Shown here: positions 26,489-35,730 of the stretch, piece after piece
How positions within the stretch are numbered: position 1 is the first letter of the stretch
Layout of the letters: each line of letters starts with the position of its first letter
NCBI GenBank assembly: GCA_003281185.1
Contig: QCCS01000003.1
Location: forward strand, 34,343 to 98,342
Reading direction: 5' to 3'
DNA: 64,000 nucleotides
Source of the DNA: Prochlorococcus sp. AG-347-M15
GTDB taxonomy: Bacteria > Cyanobacteriota > Cyanobacteriia > PCC-6307 > Cyanobiaceae
Made by a program: the position numbers and the translations under genes
The notes under the pieces: generated by a model
Seen by the model: only the letters and a program-made list of their open reading frames with translations
Databases searched by the model: none
Told to the model about the DNA's origin: nothing

Positions 26489-27766
26489 TTATCTGTCTAT
26501 CACCTCAAATATATCATTAGCAAGTTCTGAACTTAATTTACTAGCGGCAAACTCATTGAAATGACTGTAATCTAGAAACCAACTGCTCGATTCAGCCTTA
26601 AGCGAATAATCAAAATAAATTATTTTTTTATTTTTTTCTATTTCTTTAGCTAAAGTTTCCCTATAATCTTTTTCAATCAAATACATCTCTCTCTCAAGGA
26701 TTTTAGGTGGAAAAATGGGATTCCCAACTAAATGTTTTATCCCAATCAAATATTTATAATTTTGCCCATTTAATTGCTTTTTTGATAAAGAACTAAAGTA
26801 ATTAGGTGCATATACATAAATATATTTGTATTGCGAGGCAATATTAGCGGTAGAACTTATATTCCTTAGTGTAGATTGCACTGCGTAACTTTTTATTTTC
26901 TCATACTCAATAAAATCTAAATTCAGTCTCTTTTCCAAGACCTCTTTAAGATTCAAATTATTTATATTGTCTTCTACGTTTATAGTTAGTTGTTTCTTTT
27001 CAAAAGTTCCAGGCTTCACTTTATTCATAGATCTTAAATGATCTATATAAGAAAGAAAATTACTGCTTGTTCTTATTGAATTTAAAAATGTAATTAATCC
27101 ACTTCTTATATTGCCTTGTGAACTACTAGTTAGAAAATTTACGTACTCAATATTATTTTCATCAATCATCATGCCATTAGCAAAACTATATTCATCTCTC
27201 TTTTCAGTATTTTGAGATAAAAGCCTCATAAAATTCCAAAAATCTTGGATACCTCCAAAACTTACTATTAGATCTAAAGATGGCAAATAATCATTAAATG
27301 GCTCAGAATTTAAATATCTAAAAGTTTCAACATGTTCCTGCCATGAATTGAAACCTGAATAAGCAGCGTTTACAAGATCAATTTTTGGATTTATGTTTCT
27401 TAAATTTTTTTCTAGCTGACCAGCAAAAGTTTTCTTATTACCAAATCCATAAAGTCCCTCCCCCATCGCCACACTATTACCGAGAAGCAAAATTCCATAT
27501 GTATCATTATACTTTTTGTCATATTCAAAAGGTGTTTTTATAAAACCATTGCGATCACAAATTAAAAATTTATAATTTTGGGGATTAGTAAACTTATTAT
27601 CGCAATTTTCTCTCCAACCAGTTAATGAATCATATTTTGTGCCATTAAAAATTTTTGTGTTTGTTTTATTTATAAAAAAGAAGGCTATTTCTAAAATAAA
27701 AACTATTATTGGAATAAATATACTCGTATAAAAGATAAATTTTATAATTTCACTTTTACTCCTCAT
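26489..27766 (-). CDS. Membrane-anchored SGNH/GDSL hydrolase (SxtL-like)
   Basis: N-terminal TM; LLGNSVA (block I), VNAAYSG (II), FGGIQD (III), DYSH (V). Confidence 0.8.
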   Translation of the reverse strand: MRSKSEIIKFIFYTSIFIPIIVFILEIAFFFINKTNTKIFNGTKYDSLTGWRENCDNKFTNPQNYKFLICDRNGFIKTPFEYDKKYNDTYGILLLGNSVAMGEGLYGFGNKKTFAGQLEKNLRNINPKIDLVNAAYSGFNSWQEHVETFRYLNSEPFNDYLPSLDLIVSFGGIQDFWNFMRLLSQNTEKRDEYSFANGMMIDENNIEYVNFLTSSSQGNIRSGLITFLNSIRTSSNFLSYIDHLRSMNKVKPGTFEKKQLTINVEDNINNLNLKEVLEKRLNLDFIEYEKIKSYAVQSTLRNISSTANIASQYKYIYVYAPNYFSSLSKKQLNGQNYKYLIGIKHLVGNPIFPPKILEREMYLIEKDYRETLAKEIEKNKKIIYFDYSLKAESSSWFLDYSHFNEFAASKLSSELANDIFEVIDR

Positions 27767-27852
27767 TGAAATAAATGTATTGGTTGCAAATATATCTTAA
27801 AAATAAATATTAAATAGAACAATTCTAAATTCTTAAGATCTTATCAACAAAG

Positions 27853-28017
27853 CTAAATCGCTATATAAGTAAATGGAACAATTACTTGTACTACGCTTAT
27901 AACTAAGATTACAATTATAGCCAACAGAATTGCAGTTATCAAAGCAGCCTGAATAGGTGTTGCATTCTTCCAGGCAGATATAATAATGTGTCTTATAAAT
28001 CGAAAAAAACTAAACAT
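27853..28017 (-). CDS. DUF5989/SxtK-like microprotein (54 aa)
   Basis: Not in ORF track; MFSFFRFIRHIIISAWKNATPIQAALITAILLAIIVILVISVVQVIVPFTYIAI*; PFxY terminus and position right after a carbamoyltransferase. Confidence 0.75.
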   Translation of the reverse strand: MFSFFRFIRHIIISAWKNATPIQAALITAILLAIIVILVISVVQVIVPFTYIAI

Positions 28018-28025
28018 TTTAAATT

Positions 28026-29762
28026 TTAAGTTTTTCTAATTAGCAATCCTAAGTCAGTCAAAAGGTAACGTAAATCTGTTCTCAAACAAACCATAAGTCC
28101 ATCAATCAAGTCAAAGGCGGTAGGATCTCCACTAACATTTAATGAAGAATTAGCCAAGATTTCGATTCCCATAGGTTCTAACTTAGATAATAATTTGTAT
28201 AAATAAGAATTTTTTTCTACAATCTGAATACGAGCTGTTGAGTCAACATGTGTTGTTGGGAATTCTGAAGAGACATTGTCTTTAAGGCATTTGCATGTTG
28301 CACTCATAGATTTGTAGCAATCATAAATTTCGGGCCTTAATTTGTAATATTTTTCCGCAATTTCATATCTCATTGCTGGAGCAGTTGGCCTAAAAGAACT
28401 TCTATTCTTTATTACAGTATTTAAGTTTTTTACAGCATTCATATTTTTTCCATCACATATTAGAGATCTGTTGCCTAGTGCCCTTGGACCTGTTTCACTG
28501 CGAGATAGAACTGTACCAATAACTTTTCCTTCACTTATAAGTTCAGCAGCTTTTAAAAAAGCATAATCCTCATCCCTCTCTAAATAAGAAAATTCATTAG
28601 AGATAATTTGCTCAGTAAGAAATTCATCATTTCTTTTTTCTTTTTGAGAAGGGAATAAAGAAGGCTTCTCAATTTTCAAATGATGATAGGAACTCGATTT
28701 TATGTAGCAATAAAAAGCAGCCCCTATGGCACAACCAGCGTCTCCAGGGCTTGGTGGGATAATGATTTTGTCTACAAAAGGTAGTTGCGCAAGACTATCA
28801 ATTGAGGCTGAATTCATGGAAACTCCTCCTGAGAAAAGAAATCTTCTTGAGTGTGTAATTTTATGGGCATGGGTAAAAATCTTTCCGAGTAAATAAATCA
28901 TTAAATCTTGAGCACCCCTTGCTATATCTGCACATCTTTGAAAATCATTATTTCCCGGTATAAGTTGAACGAAAGGATTACGCGCAGGTCCTAATAATTC
29001 CTCTAATTTACTGCTGTAAGATTTAGATATTGATAAGTGATAATCAAAATAACTCATATCAGAAATTATTTTATTAGAGTTTGAATCCCAATCCATAAGC
29101 CCTCTTACTAACTTTGCTGATTTACTATTTGAATCTCCAAAAGAAGCTAATCCCATAACTTTATATTCACCTTCATTAATTGCAAACCCTAAGTAATCAG
29201 TGATACTTGAATAGAAAAGACCTAGAGAAACAGGGTATGGACATTCCCATAATTCATTAATCTCGGTTGGATCAACTATTTGACTAATTGAAGCGGTACT
29301 TCTATCTCCAAACCCATCGATAACTACAGATGAAATATCTTCTTTAGAATCCGAATATGCAAGTGCAGTTAATGTATGAGATAAATGATGATCAGAATAA
29401 ATTAATTTACTCTCTAATCCTTTAAAAAATTTTGCAAAGTCAAGGTAACAAGAAACCGATGAACGATTAAAATTACGAAACTGATGAGTAAGAAGATCTA
29501 GGCTTTTTGGCATATGCATAGAAGCTTCTTTTACGATATGTAAGAATGCACTTAGAGGCCTTTCATAGAATGCTACTCTTTCGATATCTTTAACCTTAAG
29601 GTTATTAGTACATAATATTTTTCTTATAGACATCTTTGGGAAAGATTTATCACCCTTGATTCGACTTAGAGATTCTTCTCTATAGAAATCAACAAGTACT
29701 CCATTTCTATCAACTAATGCAGCCGAAGATTCATGATTATAACCAGTGACTCCGATAAACAT
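28026..29762 (-). CDS. Carbamoyltransferase, NodU/CmcH/SxtI family
   Basis: HHLSH, VIDGFGD, SLGLFYS, EGEYKVMGLA, SGGVSMN, GDAG, ETGPRALGNRS, HVDSTARIQ, NSSLN. Confidence 0.93.
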   Translation of the reverse strand: MFIGVTGYNHESSAALVDRNGVLVDFYREESLSRIKGDKSFPKMSIRKILCTNNLKVKDIERVAFYERPLSAFLHIVKEASMHMPKSLDLLTHQFRNFNRSSVSCYLDFAKFFKGLESKLIYSDHHLSHTLTALAYSDSKEDISSVVIDGFGDRSTASISQIVDPTEINELWECPYPVSLGLFYSSITDYLGFAINEGEYKVMGLASFGDSNSKSAKLVRGLMDWDSNSNKIISDMSYFDYHLSISKSYSSKLEELLGPARNPFVQLIPGNNDFQRCADIARGAQDLMIYLLGKIFTHAHKITHSRRFLFSGGVSMNSASIDSLAQLPFVDKIIIPPSPGDAGCAIGAAFYCYIKSSSYHHLKIEKPSLFPSQKEKRNDEFLTEQIISNEFSYLERDEDYAFLKAAELISEGKVIGTVLSRSETGPRALGNRSLICDGKNMNAVKNLNTVIKNRSSFRPTAPAMRYEIAEKYYKLRPEIYDCYKSMSATCKCLKDNVSSEFPTTHVDSTARIQIVEKNSYLYKLLSKLEPMGIEILANSSLNVSGDPTAFDLIDGLMVCLRTDLRYLLTDLGLLIRKT

Positions 29763-29781
29763 TTCTAAAATTACAAGTATT

Positions 29782-30477
29782 CTAAAGAATAGATTTGGTT
29801 GAAATATTCATTAGATTTTTACCTTTCCTTTTAAATTCATTTAGATTCAATTTCTTAGAAATAGTTCCAGCCAAAAAAGCCATAATTCTATACAGAGGAG
29901 TCAAAAGTCTATCAAGGAACTTTAAATTTGCGTCATATATTTTTCTTCCTTTATTATTTAAAGTCTCTTTCGTACGGTAAATCATTAACTGCCAAGGCTG
30001 TAATGCAGGATAGTGAATCAAAAAATGTTTTTTAGCCATGCCATGATGGCGTAGTTCATCTGCCATAATGCCTGAAATTCTTTTCCCTTCCTCAGTACTG
30101 CGGCCAACCAAAGTTAATATTTTTTCAAAAGATGACTTAGCTAAAAGTTCATTTGTATAAACAAAAGCTATAAAATCTTTTAACTGCATAGTTTCTATGA
30201 GAAAGCCTTTTTGGGATATGTACCCCTTTGTTATTAATGAGGGAGGAGTGAATCTGAAATCTCTAGCCGTTTCAATTGAAGCGCTCTTCCCTCTTAAAGA
30301 AAGCATATTAAAAAAAGATTTCGCATGACTATATTCATCTTTGGCATGCATAAAATAACCGAATGCTTGCTTAGGGGAGTCAGTTTCCTTGCATACGGCG
30401 AGCATTTCCAAGGCGGAGGCAAGCTCTGCATGAGCCGTTTCAAAAAAAATAGTGAGTTCTGAATTAATCTTTTTCAT
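29782..30477 (-). CDS. Ferritin-like diiron protein
   Basis: Two E...DExxH units: AHAE...DEYSH and TNE...DELRH. Confidence 0.75.
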   Translation of the reverse strand: MKKINSELTIFFETAHAELASALEMLAVCKETDSPKQAFGYFMHAKDEYSHAKSFFNMLSLRGKSASIETARDFRFTPPSLITKGYISQKGFLIETMQLKDFIAFVYTNELLAKSSFEKILTLVGRSTEEGKRISGIMADELRHHGMAKKHFLIHYPALQPWQLMIYRTKETLNNKGRKIYDANLKFLDRLLTPLYRIMAFLAGTISKKLNLNEFKRKGKNLMNISTKSIL

Positions 30478-30483
30478 CTTTGT

Positions 30484-31575
30484 TTAAACATTAAATAAAA
30501 ACTCCATTACATCTCCTTCGTTTACTATATATTCTTTACCTTCACTTCTTAGTAAACCTTTGTTTTTGGCATTAGAAATAGAACCTGAATCAATTAAATT
30601 TTGATATGAAATAGTCTGAGCTCTAATGAATCCTTTTTCAAAATCAGTATGAATTACTCCTGCTGCCTGTGGCGCAGTCATTCCATCTTTTATGGTCCAT
30701 GCTTTTGTCTCCTTTTCTCCGGTAGTGAAATAAGTTTTTAAGCCCAATAATTTATATGTTGATCTAATTAAAGAACTTAATCCCCCTTCTTCTACTCCTA
30801 AGCCCATAAGGTAGTCTTTTTTATCTTCTGGTTCTAACTCTATTAATTCAGATTCGACTTGCGCTGATATTTTTATACATTCTGTATTTTCATTGTTTGC
30901 AAAACTCTCAACTTTTGATGAGAAATGATTACCTTCAGCTAAATCATTTTCATTCAAATTTGTTGCGTAAATAATTGGTTTAGCCGTAAGGAAGCCTAGT
31001 TGCTTAATTATTAAATTTTCTTCTTCACTCAAAGATATTGCTCTAACTGAAAGGCCTTTCTCTAGCTCTTCTTCAATTTTTTCGAGTAAGATGTCTTCTT
31101 TTGCTGCCTCTTTACTAGTTCTAACCTGTTTTTTAATTCTTTCTCTTCTTTTTTGGAGTTGAGATAAATCAGCTAAATTCAATTCCAGATTAATTATCTC
31201 TATGTCATCCAAGGGATCTACCTTTCCAGAAACATGAATTACATCACTATCTTCAAAGCACCTTACAACATGAACTATTGCATCAACCTCCCTAATATTG
31301 GATAAAAATTTATTTCCCAAACCTTCACCTTTACTGGCACCTTTTACTAGTCCTGCGATATCTACAAATTCAATTTTTGTTGGAATAATATTTTGGCTAG
31401 AACTTAAATCACCTAACTCTTGCAACCTTTGATCCGGGACTGAAACGATACCTTTATTAGGTTCTATAGTACAAAAGGGGAAATTAGCCGCTTGTGCTTT
31501 AGCATTTTCTACAAGAGCATTAAATAAAGTTGACTTTCCAACATTTGGTAATCCAATAATACCTGCTTTTAACAT
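30484..31575 (-). CDS. ychF: Redox-regulated ATPase YchF
   Basis: GLPNVGKST, NFPFCTIEPN, DIAGLV.GAS.GEGLGN, TGS domain; start set at MLKAG. Confidence 0.97.
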   Translation of the reverse strand: MLKAGIIGLPNVGKSTLFNALVENAKAQAANFPFCTIEPNKGIVSVPDQRLQELGDLSSSQNIIPTKIEFVDIAGLVKGASKGEGLGNKFLSNIREVDAIVHVVRCFEDSDVIHVSGKVDPLDDIEIINLELNLADLSQLQKRRERIKKQVRTSKEAAKEDILLEKIEEELEKGLSVRAISLSEEENLIIKQLGFLTAKPIIYATNLNENDLAEGNHFSSKVESFANNENTECIKISAQVESELIELEPEDKKDYLMGLGVEEGGLSSLIRSTYKLLGLKTYFTTGEKETKAWTIKDGMTAPQAAGVIHTDFEKGFIRAQTISYQNLIDSGSISNAKNKGLLRSEGKEYIVNEGDVMEFLFNV

Positions 31576-31717
31576 TTGAAAAAATTTATGGAAAAATTTC
31601 AAGAAACATCTTCTAGTAATATAGTATTTACTTAACCAACCTTGGAAAAGTTAATTATAATCGTCTTGATTATTTATTCAGTTCCCAAATATTATCAATT
31701 ACTTTTTTAATAAAGAA

Positions 31718-32779
31718 ATGCTTGATTTAATAAAAAAAAATATAAATCTAAGAAGTGGAATTATATTGCTTTCTCTAGCTATATTTTTCGTTTTTATAAC
31801 CAATTCCTTCAAGAAAAATAAGTCAAAAGATATTTCTGATTTTATCGTTCAAGTTGAGAAAGGAATCCTCTCAGATTCAATTAATACGAGTGGTGAAGTA
31901 AAAGCAATCAGGACAAGCAATATTGGTCCTAGGAAACAAGGCGTAATAAAAGAAATTAAAGTACAGGAAGGTGATCTTGTAAAAAAAGATCAGGTTTTGG
32001 CTTCTCTTGATAATGAAGATTTCATATATAAAATTGAAGAACTTGAATTAAATGTAGAAAAACAAAAATCTGAATTTTTAAGGAGAGAATATTTATACCA
32101 AGAAGGTGCAGTAAGTAAAGAAGACTATGAAAGTTATAAAAATAAATACAATATTAGTAGAGCGAAACTTAATGATGCAAAAGCTGAAAAAAGTTTCTAT
32201 TTAATTAAAGCTCCTTATGAAGGAAAGATAAGTGCAAAATATGCGGAGATTGGATCTTATGTTGCCCCAAGTACAAATTTAAATTCAGATTCTAAAACCA
32301 AAAACTTTATTTTTGAACTATCAGAGGGTCTAGAAATTATTGCCAAAGTTCCTGAGAGTGACATTGGTAGAATAAAAATAGGACAAGAAGCCTCTGTAAG
32401 AATTGAAGCTTATCCTTCAAAAAAATATAATGCCATAGTTAAAAAAATAGCTACTAGAGCTGAGAAAGATAACAACGTAACCTCCTTTGAAGTAACTTTA
32501 GATTTTAAAGATATTTCTGAAGAAATTAAAATTGGAATGACTGCTGATCTTGAATTTAGAGTTGAAGGTAATGAAGAGAAGATTCTGGTTCCAACAGTTT
32601 CTATCGTCACGGAAAAAGGTGAAAAGGGAATTTTGAAAGTCGATAAAAACAATTCCCCAAAATTTGAAAAGATTGAAATTGGTATTAGTAGTGGAAATAA
32701 AACATCAGTAATTGATGGATTAGAAGCAGGAGAGCAAATCTTTATTGATATCCCACCTTGGGTTAAGAAGAGAAAATGA
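31718..32779 (+). CDS. Efflux periplasmic adaptor (membrane fusion protein)
   Basis: TM anchor, lipoyl-like V.EGD.VKK, IKAPY.G, VPESDIG. Confidence 0.9.
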   Translation: MLDLIKKNINLRSGIILLSLAIFFVFITNSFKKNKSKDISDFIVQVEKGILSDSINTSGEVKAIRTSNIGPRKQGVIKEIKVQEGDLVKKDQVLASLDNEDFIYKIEELELNVEKQKSEFLRREYLYQEGAVSKEDYESYKNKYNISRAKLNDAKAEKSFYLIKAPYEGKISAKYAEIGSYVAPSTNLNSDSKTKNFIFELSEGLEIIAKVPESDIGRIKIGQEASVRIEAYPSKKYNAIVKKIATRAEKDNNVTSFEVTLDFKDISEEIKIGMTADLEFRVEGNEEKILVPTVSIVTEKGEKGILKVDKNNSPKFEKIEIGISSGNKTSVIDGLEAGEQIFIDIPPWVKKRK

Positions 32780-35706
32780 GTTTAAAATCTGAAAACTCTA
32801 AAAAACCAATTTTACTTTTAGTCGATGGCCACTCACTTGCTTTTAGAAGCTTCTATGCATTTAGCAAAGGGATTGATGGAGGTTTAACCACAAAAGAGGG
32901 ATTTCCAACAAGTGTCACTTATGGATTTCTAAAAAGCCTTCTGGATAATTGCAAAAATATTAGTCCTGAGGGTGTTTGTATTACTTTTGACACCGAAAAA
33001 CCTACATTCAGACATGAATTAGATCCAAATTATAAGGCTAATAGAGATATAGCACCAGATGTTTTTTTTCAGGATATTGAACAACTAGAAATTATTTTAG
33101 AAGAAAGTCTAAATTTACCAATTTTTAAATCTCCAGGATACGAAGCAGATGATCTACTTGGGACAATTGCAAATGATGCTTCTTCTAAAGGATGGTGCGT
33201 GAATATTCTTTCTGGAGATAGGGACTTATTTCAATTAGTAGATGATCAAAAAGATATTTATGTACTTTATATGGGTGGTGGTCCATATGCGAAAAGTGGT
33301 AATCCAACTCTAATGAATGAAAATGGAGTAAAAGAAAAATTAGGCGTTGCGCCAGAAAGAGTAGTTGATCTTAAAGCCCTAACTGGTGATAGTTCTGATA
33401 ATATTCCGGGTATTAAAGGGGTAGGTCCAAAAACTGCAATTAATCTACTAAAAGAGAACGACACGCTTGATGGGATTTATAAGACTTTGGACAAGATTCA
33501 GCAAAATAACGATAAGAAATATAAAGGATTCATCAAAGGTTCGATTATAGAAAAGCTCAGAAAAGATAAGCATAATGCTTTTCTTTCAAGGGATTTAGCA
33601 AAAATAAATACTGAAGTGCCTTTGATATTAAGTGATGGTTATGAATTAAAAAAAATAAATCAAGAACTTCTCTCAGAGTCACTGCAAAAACTTGAATTAT
33701 CAACACTACTTCGGCAAATTGATATTTTCAATTCAACTTTTAGTAAAGGTGGTTTTGACAAAAATAACGTAGCTAAAGAGGAGGAGAAAGAACCAAAGGT
33801 CTCCAGTAAAAGTGAATTTGAAAATACTGAAAATAAAATCCCTAAAATCAAAGTAACTGTTGTAAATGATTTTGAATTACTTGATAAATTAATTCAAAGA
33901 TTAGAAAAGACCAATGAGATAGTTTCTTTAGATACAGAGACTAATAGTTTAAATCCAATCGATGCGGAACTTGTTGGGATAGGACTATGTCTTGGAGAAG
34001 AAACTGATGATTTATTTTATATACCTCTTGGTCATCAAACAAAAAAAGATACCCCCAATCAATTATCTATTGAAGATGTTTTCCCAAAACTAAGAACTTG
34101 GATAGAAGATCCAAAAAAAGAAAAGGCACTCCAAAATTCAAAATTTGACAGGCAAATATTTTTTAATCATGGACTTGATCTTAAAGGCGTAACCTTTGAC
34201 ACCTTGTTAGCAGACTATCTTCTTAATAACCAGGAGAAGCATGGGTTAAGTGAAATTAGTTTTAGATTATTTGGATTTAAACCTCCCTCATTTAAAGAAA
34301 CAGTTGGGAAAAATAAAGACTTTTCATTTGTTGATATTGATGAAGCTAGTATTTACTGTGGTTATGATGTATTTCTAACTTTTAAGATTGTCAAAATTTT
34401 TAAAGAAAGATTTTCAACAGAAAAAAATGAATTAATTAAATTGTTCGAAGAAATCGAGCTGCCCTTAGAGCCGGTATTGTCCCAAATGGAAATGAATGGA
34501 ATAACCATCGACATTCCTTATTTAGATAAACTCTCAAAAGAACTAAAAAGTACTTTAGAAGATATTGAAAGTAAAGTTTATGAATTAGCAGAGGAGACTT
34601 TTAATCTATCTTCACCAAAACAACTTGGTGAGATCTTGTTTGAAAGATTAAATTTGGATAAGAAAAAATCACGGAAAACAAAAACAGGATGGAGTACAGA
34701 TGCAGTAGTTCTTGAAAGATTAGTCGACGAACATGAAATAATCCAACATTTGATAAAACACAGAACTCTTAGCAAATTACTTAGCACCTATATTGATGCT
34801 CTTCCAAATCTTATAAACGAAAAGACAGGAAGAGTTCATACAAACTTTAATCAAGCTGCTACAGCGACTGGGAGACTAAGTAGTAGCAATCCTAATCTTC
34901 AAAATATCCCGGTTAGGACTGAATTTAGTAGGAGGATCAGAAAAGCATTCTTGCCTGAAAAAAGTTGGAAACTTTTATCAGCTGATTATTCTCAGATCGA
35001 ATTAAGAATACTTGCTCACTTAGCGGATGAAGAAATACTAATTAATGCGTTTCATAAAAATGATGACATTCATTCTTTAACTGCAAGATTAATTTTCGAG
35101 AAAGAAGAAATATCATCAGAAGAAAGGAGAGTTGGGAAAACAATAAATTTCGGAGTTATCTATGGTATGGGTATAAAAAAGTTTGCTCGTTCAACAGGAG
35201 TAAGTACTCCAGAGGCAAAAGAATTCCTAATAAAATACAAAGAAAGATATTCAAAAATTTTCAAATTTCTTGAACTCCAAGAAAGGCTAGCCTTATCAAA
35301 AGGTTATGTAAAAACAATTTTTGGTCGAAAAAGAGAATTTAAGTTTGATAAAAATGGACTTGGAAGATTAATAGGGAAAGATCCTTACGATATTGACCTG
35401 CAATCTGCAAGAAGGGCTGGCATGGAGGCACAGTCATTAAGAGCCGCAGCTAATGCACCAATTCAGGGTTCAAGTGCAGACATTATTAAAATTGCAATGG
35501 TTCAACTAAATAAAAAATTCATAGAAATGAATGTTCCAGCAAAAATGCTTTTACAAGTACATGATGAATTATTGTTTGAAGTTGAACCAGATTCTTTGGA
35601 AATTACGACGAAATTAGTAAAGAAGACTATGGAAGATTGTGTAAAATTAAATGTGCCTCTTTTAGTTGATATTGGAATTGGGGACAATTGGATGGAGACG
35701 AAATAA
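32776..35706 (+). CDS. polA: DNA polymerase I
   Basis: 5'-3' exonuclease DGHSL, TATGRLSS.NPNLQNIP, ADYSQIELR, LQVHDEL. Confidence 0.98.
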   Translation: MSLKSENSKKPILLLVDGHSLAFRSFYAFSKGIDGGLTTKEGFPTSVTYGFLKSLLDNCKNISPEGVCITFDTEKPTFRHELDPNYKANRDIAPDVFFQDIEQLEIILEESLNLPIFKSPGYEADDLLGTIANDASSKGWCVNILSGDRDLFQLVDDQKDIYVLYMGGGPYAKSGNPTLMNENGVKEKLGVAPERVVDLKALTGDSSDNIPGIKGVGPKTAINLLKENDTLDGIYKTLDKIQQNNDKKYKGFIKGSIIEKLRKDKHNAFLSRDLAKINTEVPLILSDGYELKKINQELLSESLQKLELSTLLRQIDIFNSTFSKGGFDKNNVAKEEEKEPKVSSKSEFENTENKIPKIKVTVVNDFELLDKLIQRLEKTNEIVSLDTETNSLNPIDAELVGIGLCLGEETDDLFYIPLGHQTKKDTPNQLSIEDVFPKLRTWIEDPKKEKALQNSKFDRQIFFNHGLDLKGVTFDTLLADYLLNNQEKHGLSEISFRLFGFKPPSFKETVGKNKDFSFVDIDEASIYCGYDVFLTFKIVKIFKERFSTEKNELIKLFEEIELPLEPVLSQMEMNGITIDIPYLDKLSKELKSTLEDIESKVYELAEETFNLSSPKQLGEILFERLNLDKKKSRKTKTGWSTDAVVLERLVDEHEIIQHLIKHRTLSKLLSTYIDALPNLINEKTGRVHTNFNQAATATGRLSSSNPNLQNIPVRTEFSRRIRKAFLPEKSWKLLSADYSQIELRILAHLADEEILINAFHKNDDIHSLTARLIFEKEEISSEERRVGKTINFGVIYGMGIKKFARSTGVSTPEAKEFLIKYKERYSKIFKFLELQERLALSKGYVKTIFGRKREFKFDKNGLGRLIGKDPYDIDLQSARRAGMEAQSLRAAANAPIQGSSADIIKIAMVQLNKKFIEMNVPAKMLLQVHDELLFEVEPDSLEITTKLVKKTMEDCVKLNVPLLVDIGIGDNWMETK

Positions 35707-35730
35707 ACCTTATGAAATACTTATTTTAAG

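Noticed and set aside
26489-29762. Saxitoxin biosynthesis
   Set aside because: Only sxtI/K/L-like accessory genes are present; no sxtA, sxtG, sxtB or other core genes in the window, and this module occurs in non-producers
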